45,763 nt of DNA from a virus, in IMG/VR virus record IMGVR_UViG_3300045988_132303; one strand, 5' to 3'. Position numbers and translations under genes: made by a program. Of the stretch, positions 8,055-16,451 are shown piece after piece. Within the stretch, counting starts at the first letter, position 1. Each line of letters begins with the position of its first letter. The notes under the pieces were generated by a model, which saw nothing but the letters and a program-made list of their open reading frames with translations, ran no database searches and was not told where the DNA came from.

Positions 8055-8321
8055 ATGACATACAAAGAAACCATCACATGGCATGAGGTAAAGACACGAC
8101 CGCTGACAGATGAGGAAAAAGACGAGCATCCCACATGGGGCATGATAGTCGAAGGCGCGATACCGGATGAAGACAAAGAAATTCTTGTTGCCACAAAAAG
8201 CGGAGTGTTTACAGACACTTGCCTGTATGACTATGACGAGGGATTTTACCTCGACAGCGGCAAAGACTGGGATGAAATTCTCGCATGGGCAAAAATGCCA
8301 AGGTACAAGAAAAATGTTTGA
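8055..8321 (+). CDS. Hypothetical protein (DUF551-like, tentative)
   Basis: ITWHEVKTRPLTDEE and ILAWAKMP pattern. GGAGG RBS. Confidence 0.45.
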   Translation: MTYKETITWHEVKTRPLTDEEKDEHPTWGMIVEGAIPDEDKEILVATKSGVFTDTCLYDYDEGFYLDSGKDWDEILAWAKMPRYKKNV

Positions 8322-8451
8322 TTTCATTGAGGAATACAAAGCATTAACAAAAGATTTTTGTCCCGCGCCGAACGCAAAATATCAGCCGAAACGGTCAATG
8401 GTGCTGAAAAGAAAAAAAAAACAAAAGAAAAGGACGAAAGGAAAAAAATGA
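8314..8451 (+). CDS. Small lysine-rich hypothetical protein (45 aa)
   Basis: ATG at 8314 overlaps the upstream stop. Its own stop is in an ATGA overlap with the next gene (8448). Confidence 0.35.
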   Translation: MFDFIEEYKALTKDFCPAPNAKYQPKRSMVLKRKKKQKKRTKGKK

Positions 8452-8912
8452 ACACTTCAAAAATCGAAAAAGCAATTCTCGCGGCAATGCAGAAAGACGT
8501 GACCGCAGTAAAAAGAGAAACCCTCGCAGACGGCGACGCCTTCATCACGGCAGATGGCGTGACGGGGTTCGTCATGAACGAAGCAGAGACGAACCTCAAC
8601 CTTAAAAAAATCCCGAGCGCAGAAATGAAAAGCCTCATTGATGCGTGGGAAAGCCAGATGTGCGAGGGAAACCTCCTCAAGAAAACCGAAAACCTCATAG
8701 AGGCAGACAACAACCTCGGCATATACCGAGAGCTCGCCAATGGAAGAGGGGTATTCTATGTAAAAGAGAAAGCGGTCGAGCTTTTTGACGGGGAATTCAC
8801 AAGCTATTACGCCTCGGACGTAAGCAACATCGTCACCGTGGCGCAGATAACTCCGCGAGGAGAAAAGATGGTCGGAGTTATAGCCAAGCTCCGCACGGAT
8901 AATGAGATATGA
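8448..8912 (+). CDS. Hypothetical protein
   Basis: ORF beginning at ATG 8448, after the poly-A/purine tract. Confidence 0.5.
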   Translation: MNTSKIEKAILAAMQKDVTAVKRETLADGDAFITADGVTGFVMNEAETNLNLKKIPSAEMKSLIDAWESQMCEGNLLKKTENLIEADNNLGIYRELANGRGVFYVKEKAVELFDGEFTSYYASDVSNIVTVAQITPRGEKMVGVIAKLRTDNEI

Positions 8913-9133
8913 CGCTTTCACGAAACGCTACAAAAGCCCGTGAAGAATTAAGGGCGGAGAAAGGAAGAGGTGCAGACAAGACGAAAATCACTTGTTTGAA
9001 TTGCAAACACCTCATGTTTTCCGATATGTATGGAGAATGTAAAATACAATTAAGAATAGTCAATCCGAGCGATACTTGCGAATATGCAGAGCCAAAAGAA
9101 AGAGGCAGTGAAGAATTGAGGAAAAACAAATGA
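8909..9133 (+). CDS. Small hypothetical Cys-containing protein
   Basis: CLNC...C...C. ATGA overlap. Confidence 0.45.
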   Translation: MTLSRNATKAREELRAEKGRGADKTKITCLNCKHLMFSDMYGECKIQLRIVNPSDTCEYAEPKERGSEELRKNK

Positions 9134-9384
9134 CCCCCGGAAACGCAATGAAAATACTGAAAGGACTGTACCCGGATCTCTCCCGCGCAGGGAAAGCGGC
9201 AATCGACGCGGCGGTCGAAGCCCTTGAAAAGCAGATACCGAAAAAGCCGGACGGCGGATACGACATATTTTACGGCGAGGACGCAAGATTTTGCCCGGTA
9301 TGCGGAGACCCACGTCCTGACACATACTGCGGAACCTGTGGGCAACGGCTTGATTGGAGTGATGAAAATGAAACGAATGACTGA
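9130..9384 (+). CDS. Zn-ribbon hypothetical protein, paralog family (ALEKQIPKKP ... CxxCGQRLDWSD)
   Basis: Shares N-terminal and C-terminal motifs with the genes at 11380..11610 and 9362..9769. Confidence 0.55.
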   Translation: MTPGNAMKILKGLYPDLSRAGKAAIDAAVEALEKQIPKKPDGGYDIFYGEDARFCPVCGDPRPDTYCGTCGQRLDWSDENETND

Positions 9385-9769
9385 ATACAAATGGGTGGGC
9401 GGATACCCTCGCGTAATGCCGATTGTGGACGAAGAACAAGCAATGAAGTGTCTGTTCGATTACGAGAACACAAATCTGACACCAAGCGAAGTGGGAAAGA
9501 TATCCGTAGTACTTGCAGATATTGCGGCGGATTATAACTGCTCGTTCGATTTCGTGAAAAATCATTTTCTGGACAATGTTCAGCGTACCACCCCGGTTGC
9601 ACCGTGCAAAGCCAACCGCGCCGTAAAGATCAACGGTTACCTTACGATGCTTGACGAAAACGAGTTTTTCAAATGCCCGTCGTGCCGGTTTCAAGACACA
9701 AAGCTCCGTCCGGGGCAGAACTATTGTCACGAATGCGGGCAACGGCTCGATTGGAGTGATATCACATGA
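9362..9769 (+). CDS. Zn-ribbon hypothetical protein, paralog family (C-terminal CHECGQRLDWSD)
   Basis: The same 27-nt 3' end as the preceding gene. Start at 9362 is uncertain (alternatives 9368 and 9377). Confidence 0.5.
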   Translation: MKMKRMTEYKWVGGYPRVMPIVDEEQAMKCLFDYENTNLTPSEVGKISVVLADIAADYNCSFDFVKNHFLDNVQRTTPVAPCKANRAVKINGYLTMLDENEFFKCPSCRFQDTKLRPGQNYCHECGQRLDWSDIT

Positions 9770-10017
9770 CCCTCTCCCGCAAAACCCGACAGGAAATGCA
9801 CGACAATGCGCTTATTGATACGGCAGTCTCGATGTGCTTCCTCGCCGCCGGACTTGTCTTAAACGGCGAGTTTGGCTTCGGCGAGAAGCGCATGGAAAAG
9901 TTTTCAAAGGAGTTCACACAGACGATAATCGACTACCGCAACCGCTACGGCGAGGTCGCGCTCGAAGCTCTCGAAAAACACGCAAAAGATAAAGGAATCG
10001 AGGTAAACTGGAAATGA
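9766..10017 (+). CDS. Hypothetical protein
   Basis: ATGA-coupled ORF. Confidence 0.45.
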   Translation: MTLSRKTRQEMHDNALIDTAVSMCFLAAGLVLNGEFGFGEKRMEKFSKEFTQTIIDYRNRYGEVALEALEKHAKDKGIEVNWK

Positions 10018-10325
10018 AAGCAGAAAAAGAAGTAATTGGGCTGGTTGAAGAATTGAAAAAGCACAATTTAGAATCAGCGAAAGCAGAGAGACTAAAGGAA
10101 ATGATTTGTAGCAAAATTCCGGACGATTTTTTCGGCGGCAATATCGGCGATATTTCTATCGTAGACGAACCGAAAGGCAAACAAGTGGGGAATGGCGTGT
10201 GGGGAACACTCAGTCTTAACTTTAGCCGTAACCTCTATATTGGTGTTTATTACTATCCAATTGAGGATTCTGAGAAATATATAGCTGTTACATACAGCTA
10301 TCAATATCAAGGAGGAACAAAATGA
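10014..10325 (+). CDS. Hypothetical protein (AT-richer patch)
   Basis: ATGA-coupled ORF. Confidence 0.45.
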   Translation: MKAEKEVIGLVEELKKHNLESAKAERLKEMICSKIPDDFFGGNIGDISIVDEPKGKQVGNGVWGTLSLNFSRNLYIGVYYYPIEDSEKYIAVTYSYQYQGGTK

Positions 10326-10636
10326 GAAGAACAACAGAAATCCTCACCTGCGACATCTGCGGCGCAGAAACAGAAAAATCAGAGGAACAGGAAGTTCTGC
10401 TGTATAGTGTCAGGTGTCCCACAAGGCAATATCGCGACGACGGAGGCTATGAGAAAGCAGAATCGTTGGTAGATATGTGTCCCGATTGCTTCAACGCATA
10501 TTTTGCATTGTTTGACCGGCACTTTGCAACAATCAAATCAGAACACAACAAACGTACAATACTCAAAAAATTCAAAACCGAAGACCCATTCACAATAAAC
10601 GAACCGGAGGAATTCAAAAATGCACCCAACACTTAA
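10322..10636 (+). CDS. Hypothetical Zn-ribbon protein
   Basis: CDICG ... CPDC. Confidence 0.45.
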   Translation: MRRTTEILTCDICGAETEKSEEQEVLLYSVRCPTRQYRDDGGYEKAESLVDMCPDCFNAYFALFDRHFATIKSEHNKRTILKKFKTEDPFTINEPEEFKNAPNT

Positions 10637-10901
10637 AACCGCCCTCGATACCTTCGGGGCATACGCTCAGACCGTCGTCGCTATAGAGGAGCTGTCCGAG
10701 CTTCAGAAGGAGCTTTGCAAAGCCATCCGCACCGGCATCGGCGATCCGGAAAACCGTGAGCACATAGCCGAGGAGATCGCTGACGTGTATATCATGCTTG
10801 AGCAGATGGAAGCCCTCTTCGACGTGTCCGAGGACGTTCCGCTTTACAGGATAGCAAAAATCGACCGCCTCGGAAAGAGACTGAAGGAGAATGCAAAATG
10901 A
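10620..10901 (+). CDS. MazG-like nucleotide pyrophosphohydrolase (small all-alpha type)
   Basis: EELSELQKEL...EEIADVYIMLEQ, an EExxE...ExxD metal-binding pattern. Confidence 0.65.
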   Translation: MHPTLKTALDTFGAYAQTVVAIEELSELQKELCKAIRTGIGDPENREHIAEEIADVYIMLEQMEALFDVSEDVPLYRIAKIDRLGKRLKENAK

Positions 10902-11383
10902 CAATAAATCTCCCCGTCAGCATCGGCGATCACGTCTACTTCATCCGCGATCACGAAAACCAGAAACGCATAGCCTTCGGCACGATAAAGGAGATATTCT
11001 TCTCTCAGGATATGCGCCTCATGATCCGCGTAAAAGGATACCGAGCCGCCGAATGGGGCGTGAAAGCCTTCAGAACGCGCAAGGAAGCCGAGACCGCTAT
11101 CGGAAACACCGTGTGGGAAAGCGCAAGCGACGCGCAGAAAAACGCGACAGCAGTGTATAATGCCATGGTCGAGTACGTCAGAAACGCGCTCACCGCATCA
11201 AAGGAATCGCAGAAAAAACTTGCCGACCGGGCAGGAGTTTCACAGGGAACCGGCACAAGCTTCCTCTCCGGAGGACGCTCCGTCGGCACGAACCTGACGC
11301 TTGCGCTACTTGAAGCCTCCGGTATCGACACTTTTGATATGTTCTATACCTACATCGACAAAAAGGAGGATGAGGGGGAATGA
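10898..11383 (+). CDS. Hypothetical protein with C-terminal HTH-like segment
   Basis: SQKKLADRAGVSQGTGTSFLSG. Confidence 0.45.
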   Translation: MTINLPVSIGDHVYFIRDHENQKRIAFGTIKEIFFSQDMRLMIRVKGYRAAEWGVKAFRTRKEAETAIGNTVWESASDAQKNATAVYNAMVEYVRNALTASKESQKKLADRAGVSQGTGTSFLSGGRSVGTNLTLALLEASGIDTFDMFYTYIDKKEDEGE

Positions 11384-11610
11384 AAATACAAGAAGCAATT
11401 GAAAATTTGAAATATCTTATAAGTGATGATTGCACCGACAATCAAATGGATTTTGTTGAAGAAATCGAAATGGCAATAAATGCACTTGAAAAACAAATAC
11501 CACAAAAACCTATTGAAGATGGTTATTATGGTTTGCCTTGCGTTTGTCCTTGTTGCGGTCAAGCACTCGATTTTACCGACCACCCAACCGAGAAAGGCGG
11601 CGGTGAATAA
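11380..11610 (+). CDS. Zn-ribbon hypothetical protein, paralog of 9130..9384
   Basis: AINALEKQIPQKP ... CPCCGQALD. Confidence 0.5.
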   Translation: MKIQEAIENLKYLISDDCTDNQMDFVEEIEMAINALEKQIPQKPIEDGYYGLPCVCPCCGQALDFTDHPTEKGGGE

Positions 11611-11858
11611 TGTTCTTGTATAACCCTATCGGAAAGACACTTGCAGAGGTACACAAAGATTGTGGCGGTAATATGGGTGGTTATTCTGTATTTGTTTTGC
11701 AAGACGAAAACGACACAATAGGAAAACCACTTGACGAGGATTTTTCAATCGGTTTAATTTTGAAAAAGCACCCACAATATGCGAATTGCAAGGTCAAATA
11801 TGAAAATGATTTTTATGGCATAACTGTGTTGCGAGTAGAGAAAGGCGGTGAGGAGTGA
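11610..11858 (+). CDS. Hypothetical protein
   Basis: ORF in an AT-richer patch. Confidence 0.4.
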   Translation: MFLYNPIGKTLAEVHKDCGGNMGGYSVFVLQDENDTIGKPLDEDFSIGLILKKHPQYANCKVKYENDFYGITVLRVEKGGEE

Positions 11859-12226
11859 TGAAGGAATGTGATTGCAAACATTATGATGCAGAATTGGATT
11901 GTTGCAAATATTTAAGCGATTGGTCGGATGCGATGCCGGTTCTTCAACCTTGTGTAGAAAGTCCTTGCGAAAAATACAGACCGAGAGAAGTTGGAGAAAA
12001 ATGTCCTGTTTGCAAATATGATATTTCAATGTGTCAATGTATGTTTGGCGGTAGTGCTCATCCTGACCGTTCAAAAAGACGAGAGGTTGTCATAGACCAC
12101 CTGTATTTGCTTTCACCAAAACAGATTGAGCATATTATCAACTTGCAACGGAGATGGCAAACATCTTATGGCGATGAAGAGAAAAACCGAATATTAGAAG
12201 AATTAAAGGGTGGTGCGAATGGCTGA
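11858..12226 (+). CDS. Cys-rich hypothetical protein
   Basis: 12 Cys in the first 63 residues. Start is ATG 11858 or GTG 11855. Confidence 0.45.
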   Translation: MKECDCKHYDAELDCCKYLSDWSDAMPVLQPCVESPCEKYRPREVGEKCPVCKYDISMCQCMFGGSAHPDRSKRREVVIDHLYLLSPKQIEHIINLQRRWQTSYGDEEKNRILEELKGGANG

Positions 12227-12283
12227 TGTGAACTATTCCCGCCGCCGCATATGCAGATTATTCGAACTGAAAGGAAAGCTGAA

Positions 12284-12583
12284 ATGACCGACTACAGCGA
12301 AGAATTCGACCGCCTCCGCAAAAACCGCGTTGAGCTGTCGCATATAAAGTACGGCTCCGCAAGGATAAATTTCGGCGGCGGCAGAGTGGACGCTCTCAAA
12401 ACCGCCGAGGATTGCCTTGAAGCCTTCAAGCGGGACAAAAATACCGAACACCTCGTCGATGCCGCGAACTATCTGATGTTCCGGTTTATGTACCCCTACC
12501 CCGGAGAACACTTTCGTGCCACCGACAGCAGCGAAAGCGTAAAACCCGTCGGAATACCGATAAATATGGAGGAATCAATATGA
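12284..12583 (+). CDS. Hypothetical protein, possibly a second MazG-like all-alpha NTP pyrophosphohydrolase
   Basis: KYG...EDCLEAFKRDKNTEHLVDAANYLMF. Alternative start at 12251. Confidence 0.35.
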   Translation: MTDYSEEFDRLRKNRVELSHIKYGSARINFGGGRVDALKTAEDCLEAFKRDKNTEHLVDAANYLMFRFMYPYPGEHFRATDSSESVKPVGIPINMEESI

Positions 12584-12990
12584 TCGAAGTTTTGTGCAGA
12601 AACGATAACTGCCAGTTCTACGATGTCAACACAGGACATTGCTGGTGTCCGTATATCGAAATCGGCGACGATCTGACCTGCGAATCGTTCTCGGAGCTGA
12701 CTGACGAAGTGTGGGGAGATGAACCGATACAGTTCTGGATCGCAGTGAAGCAGGACAGGGAACCTCGCCGCAAACTCGTCCGGGGCAGAAAGGTAACCGT
12801 CTGCGGAGAAGATTTCTATACAACGTTTGACCTGAGATATAAGGACAAAGACATCCTTCTGACCGACCCGAGAACCGGGTATTTACTGCCATCGCCCGAA
12901 GATGTTGAAAAGAACATCGAAACAGTTCGCAAGAGGCGAGAAGAACTTCCCGACGTAATGACCTACCCCACAAAGGAGGACGAACCATGA
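12580..12990 (+). CDS. Hypothetical protein
   Basis: ATGA-coupled ORF. Confidence 0.45.
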   Translation: MIEVLCRNDNCQFYDVNTGHCWCPYIEIGDDLTCESFSELTDEVWGDEPIQFWIAVKQDREPRRKLVRGRKVTVCGEDFYTTFDLRYKDKDILLTDPRTGYLLPSPEDVEKNIETVRKRREELPDVMTYPTKEDEP

Positions 12991-13331
12991 CCCTGAAAAA
13001 CAAAATCCTGAAAGCCCTCGGCAGAGAAGAGGTGCAATGGTACAGAGAATTCGGTGTCCTCGCTCCCTTCTGCCCATATTGCGGAGAACCCGCCTACGAC
13101 ACGCACAGATGCGCTTTCTGCGGCAGAAAATATATCTGGAGGGATTCGCCCCACCCGCCGACAATCGCTGAATACGGCGATTATACAGCGGCTCAGACCG
13201 GCGGCTCCATCCTCATCTTCAAGGGAGACCGACTGGTATATCATGCATCGTATACAGGCGACCCCATGACGGAGGACGAGCTGAAAGACCATATAGCCTT
13301 TGTCTTCGGACTGGGTATGACAGATGACTGA
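12987..13331 (+). CDS. Hypothetical Zn-ribbon protein
   Basis: CPYCG...CAFCG. Confidence 0.45.
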   Translation: MTLKNKILKALGREEVQWYREFGVLAPFCPYCGEPAYDTHRCAFCGRKYIWRDSPHPPTIAEYGDYTAAQTGGSILIFKGDRLVYHASYTGDPMTEDELKDHIAFVFGLGMTDD

Positions 13332-13343
13332 CAGGAGGTAAAA

Positions 13344-13637
13344 ATGCGGACACGGGACAAGAGATATAAAGACTATGAAATCACAAGGGAAAATCGGGAC
13401 TTTCTCCTTGCGCTCTGCCGGATGGAAAAACCGGAGGTACAGGGACTGCTGCGGCAATCATGCGAAGAATCGAACGACCAGATAGCGGAGCTGCTTTATC
13501 AAAATCTTTCTCGTGGCGATTCTTACGACAAGATCGAGCGCATACCTTACGCGCAGACGGACTTCTACGCATACAGAAAAAAGGCTCTCGCGATTTTCCG
13601 GGATAAGTATATCGTCTGGCTCGGAAAAGGGAAATGA
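13344..13637 (+). CDS. ArpU/RinA-like late transcriptional regulator (tentative)
   Basis: C-terminal TDFYAYRKKALAIF resembles the ArpU-family YYR.K.KAL motif. Sits as the last early gene before packaging. Confidence 0.45.
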   Translation: MRTRDKRYKDYEITRENRDFLLALCRMEKPEVQGLLRQSCEESNDQIAELLYQNLSRGDSYDKIERIPYAQTDFYAYRKKALAIFRDKYIVWLGKGK

Positions 13638-13649
13638 CCGGAGAAAAAA

Positions 13650-13672
13650 GGGGCTGTCATTATGGCAGCCCC
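13650..13672. terminator. Bidirectional hairpin terminator between converging transcription units
   Basis: ggggctgtc/ggcagcccc stem. An A-run upstream gives a U-tail for the minus-strand hicAB transcript. Confidence 0.65.
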
Positions 13673-13686
13673 CTTGATGAAAGGGA

Positions 13687-14097
13687 TTATCTGTGGAGAT
13701 TGTAGCGTGAAACTAATGCCTCTTGAAGTACTTGCGAAAAGTTCACGCCATAATCAAGAGCTTTAGCATTCAACCATGCAGGAAGTGTTACGGTGCGGTT
13801 TACAGACTTGTTTTCCTGAGACAGCCGTACAGCGGGCATATAAACGCTTACCAATGTCACGATCTCGTTATTGTCCAAATCGACCTCTTTCAGATGAGAT
13901 GGTGTGGGGATATTATCGCCGTCTCTTTCCATGCCCCACAGGTGAAGACCAAGCGCTTCACGCGCCATATCTAATGCGTCGGTATCGTCCTTCCCGCTTG
14001 TTGCGCATCCCGGTAAGTCAGGAAACGTGACGGCGATTTCGTATCCTTCTTCGTAAGTAAGGACAGCGGGAAAGGCGTATTTTTCGGGTAATTTCAT
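13687..14097 (-). CDS. hicB: HicB-family antitoxin
   Basis: YAFPAVLTYEEGYEIAVTFPDLPGCATSGKDDTDAL N-domain plus a C-terminal RHH-like segment. Directly downstream of hicA. Confidence 0.85.
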   Translation of the reverse strand: MKLPEKYAFPAVLTYEEGYEIAVTFPDLPGCATSGKDDTDALDMAREALGLHLWGMERDGDNIPTPSHLKEVDLDNNEIVTLVSVYMPAVRLSQENKSVNRTVTLPAWLNAKALDYGVNFSQVLQEALVSRYNLHR

Positions 14098-14143
14098 TCC
14101 TTTTCACTCCTCTTGTTATTTCATCCCGTAAGGGATGGGGGCA

Positions 14144-14341
14144 TCACTTGAATGATACCCCCGACTGTGTTGAAATGCTTTTCAGCGTTTTGGGCGGTAT
14201 ATCTTTGCAGGGATGCTTAACCGTGACTTTCCCCGGCTTTTCCGGGTGTTTGTACTGGTGATGGCTTCCTTCCGTTGCGACGAGATACCAACCGTCTGCT
14301 TTTAGCATTGCAATCACTTCTCGAGATGAATATGATTTCAT
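14144..14341 (-). CDS. hicA: HicA-family mRNA interferase toxin
   Basis: 65 aa. REVIAMLKADGWYLVATEGSHHQYKHP matches the HicA pattern. Confidence 0.85.
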   Translation of the reverse strand: MKSYSSREVIAMLKADGWYLVATEGSHHQYKHPEKPGKVTVKHPCKDIPPKTLKSISTQSGVSFK

Positions 14342-14361
14342 GGTGTTCCTCCGATGATGAT

Positions 14362-14390
14362 ATTATAACACATAGTTTTGTATTTGTCAA
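14362..14390 (-). promoter_or_regulatory. Consensus sigma-A-type promoter for hicAB
   Basis: Minus strand reads TTGACA-17 nt-TATAAT. Confidence 0.7.
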
Positions 14391-14428
14391 GAGAAAAAGC
14401 AAATATTTTTATATTTGTTATCGAAAAT

Positions 14429-14467
14429 AAATGCGTATTTGACGCATCAAAAAAATCAATGTACAAT
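14429..14467 (+). promoter_or_regulatory. Putative late/packaging promoter with upstream AATGCGTATT box
   Basis: aaATGCGTATTTGACG-17 nt-TACAAT. The same box occurs at 22946 and 35208. Confidence 0.55.
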
Positions 14468-14478
14468 AGGAGGTACAT

Positions 14479-14577
14479 ATGGAGATAAAAACACTTAAAA
14501 TCGGAGATATACACCCATACGAAAAGAATCCGCGAAAGAACGACAAATCCGTCGCGGCGGTGCTTCTCAATGGCTGA
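14479..14577 (+). pseudogene. 32-codon remnant of a ParB-like N-terminal domain
   Basis: MEIKTLKIGDIHPYEKNPRKNDKSVAAV matches the start of the ParB/Sulfiredoxin fold (L.PY..NPRK), then stops. AGGAGG RBS. Confidence 0.5.
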
Positions 14578-14827
14578 CTATAACACTTTTCACCTTTACG
14601 ACTGCAAAGGACGAAAGACGATTCTGATCACATCAAGCGCAAGAAAGTGTCTGAGGGAGCTGTGTGTCGGGAAAAGGATAGATATCTGGAACGGCAACAC
14701 AAAGACAGATACAGTATACGATCGGACAAAGGACAAAATGCGACCATATGTCAAAGCCGAAAAGGATTATATCCGGAAAAAGCAGGAAGCGCAGACACTA
14801 AGAAACGCAAGAAGAAAGCGTGCATAA
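14570..14827 (+). CDS. Hypothetical basic protein upstream of terminase
   Basis: ORF with a Lys/Arg-rich C-terminus. No recognisable TerS motif. Confidence 0.4.
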   Translation: MADYNTFHLYDCKGRKTILITSSARKCLRELCVGKRIDIWNGNTKTDTVYDRTKDKMRPYVKAEKDYIRKKQEAQTLRNARRKRA

Positions 14828-14845
14828 CGAAGGTGAGGTGAATAC

Positions 14846-16450
14846 ATGGCAGACGGACACGACAACCTGATACCTTTTCCTGAATCCGGAAGGAGTAAGG
14901 AAGAAGTAAGGGAAATCAACGCACGCGGCGGCAGGAATTCCGCCAAGGCACGCCGGGAGAAAAAAGCAATATCGCAGCTCGCCTCTGCCATGATTTACTC
15001 ACAGCTCGACGGCAAGGGCAAGGATGCGATCAAGAAGCAGTTTGGCGGGCTTGTGAGCGACGATGTGACCGTTGCCTCGGCTATGATAGCGGGGCAGATA
15101 CAGGCGGCAATGAAGGGCGACAGCAGGGCTTTCAGCACGGTCGCGGCGCTTATCGAAAAGCAGGAAGAAAAAGAAGCCAAGGCAGAGGAAAAGCGGCAGT
15201 CGCTCATCAATCGCGTATACCATATGGACTTGTACGAAGTGCCGGACGCTTTTCACAGTACGCTCCGGGCAGTGCGGGATCAGAAATATCTTGAGTATGT
15301 CTTTTCCGGCGGCAGAGGCTCAACAAAGTCGTCCACCATCGCGCAGATTGTGGTCGAAATCATGAAAAACTATCGGGATATACACTGTGTAGTGTGCCGA
15401 AAGGTCGGAAACACTTTAAAGGATTCCGTGTATAGTAAGATAAAATGGGCGATTGAAAAGCAGGGACTGACGGCAGAGTTTACGGTACACAAAAGCCCGC
15501 TTGAGATAACACTGAAAGCAACCGGGCAGAAGATATACTTCCGTGGTGCCGATGAGCCGGAAAAGATAAAGTCTATCTCTCCGGAGTTCGGATATCTCGG
15601 CATCCTGTGGTTTGAGGAGCTTGACCAGTTCTGCGGGCAGGAGGAGATACGAAACATCACGCAGTCGGTAATCCGAGGCGGTGAGCACGCGTGGATTTTC
15701 AAGAGCTTCAACCCGCCGAAGTCAAAGGTAAACTGGGCGAATCAATACATACTTGAGCCGAAGGACAACCGGATCGTGCATAAGTCCACATATCAGGACG
15801 TTCCGGTTGAGTGGCTCGGACAGCCATTTATCGATGAGGCGGAGCACCTGAAGGAGATAAACCCGTCAGCTTATGAGCATGAGTATCTCGGCATTCCCAA
15901 CGGGAGCGGAGGAAATGTTTTCGATCTTGTTGAGGTGCGCGAGATTACCGACGAGGAGATATCCCGCATGGACAGGATATATCAGGGCGTGGACTTCGGT
16001 TGGTATCCTGATCAGTTTGCTTTTCTCCGGACGCACTACGATGCCGCGCGTGAGAAGATATATCTCATGGACGAGCTGTATGTGAACAAGCAGAGCAATG
16101 CCGAGACCGGAAAATGGATCATCGACAAAGGTTACAGCGATTTTGCCATCACGTGCGACAGCGCAGAGCCGAAGTCGGTCAACGATTACCGGGACATGGG
16201 GCTTAAAGCGCGAGGAGCGATAAAGGGCGCGGGTTCGGTGGAGTACGGCTTCAAGTGGCTGCAATGCCGGACGATTGTTATCGACCCGAAGCGCACACCG
16301 AACGCATACAACGAGATCACAAAGTATGAGTATGAGCGGGACAAAGAAGGAAATGTTATCAGCGGATATCCGGACGGCAACGACCATGCGATTTCCGCGC
16401 TCAGATACGCATACGAAAGTCTATTCAACAAGCGGGGGATAAACGCATAA
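14846..16450 (+). CDS. terL: Terminase large subunit (PBSX/Terminase_3-like) with an N-terminal extension of about 130 aa
   Basis: Walker A GGRGSTKS. WFEELDQF (Walker B-like). C-terminal nuclease region. N-terminal GGRNSAKARREKK segment. Confidence 0.9.
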   Translation: MADGHDNLIPFPESGRSKEEVREINARGGRNSAKARREKKAISQLASAMIYSQLDGKGKDAIKKQFGGLVSDDVTVASAMIAGQIQAAMKGDSRAFSTVAALIEKQEEKEAKAEEKRQSLINRVYHMDLYEVPDAFHSTLRAVRDQKYLEYVFSGGRGSTKSSTIAQIVVEIMKNYRDIHCVVCRKVGNTLKDSVYSKIKWAIEKQGLTAEFTVHKSPLEITLKATGQKIYFRGADEPEKIKSISPEFGYLGILWFEELDQFCGQEEIRNITQSVIRGGEHAWIFKSFNPPKSKVNWANQYILEPKDNRIVHKSTYQDVPVEWLGQPFIDEAEHLKEINPSAYEHEYLGIPNGSGGNVFDLVEVREITDEEISRMDRIYQGVDFGWYPDQFAFLRTHYDAAREKIYLMDELYVNKQSNAETGKWIIDKGYSDFAITCDSAEPKSVNDYRDMGLKARGAIKGAGSVEYGFKWLQCRTIVIDPKRTPNAYNEITKYEYERDKEGNVISGYPDGNDHAISALRYAYESLFNKRGINA

Positions 16451-16451
16451 T

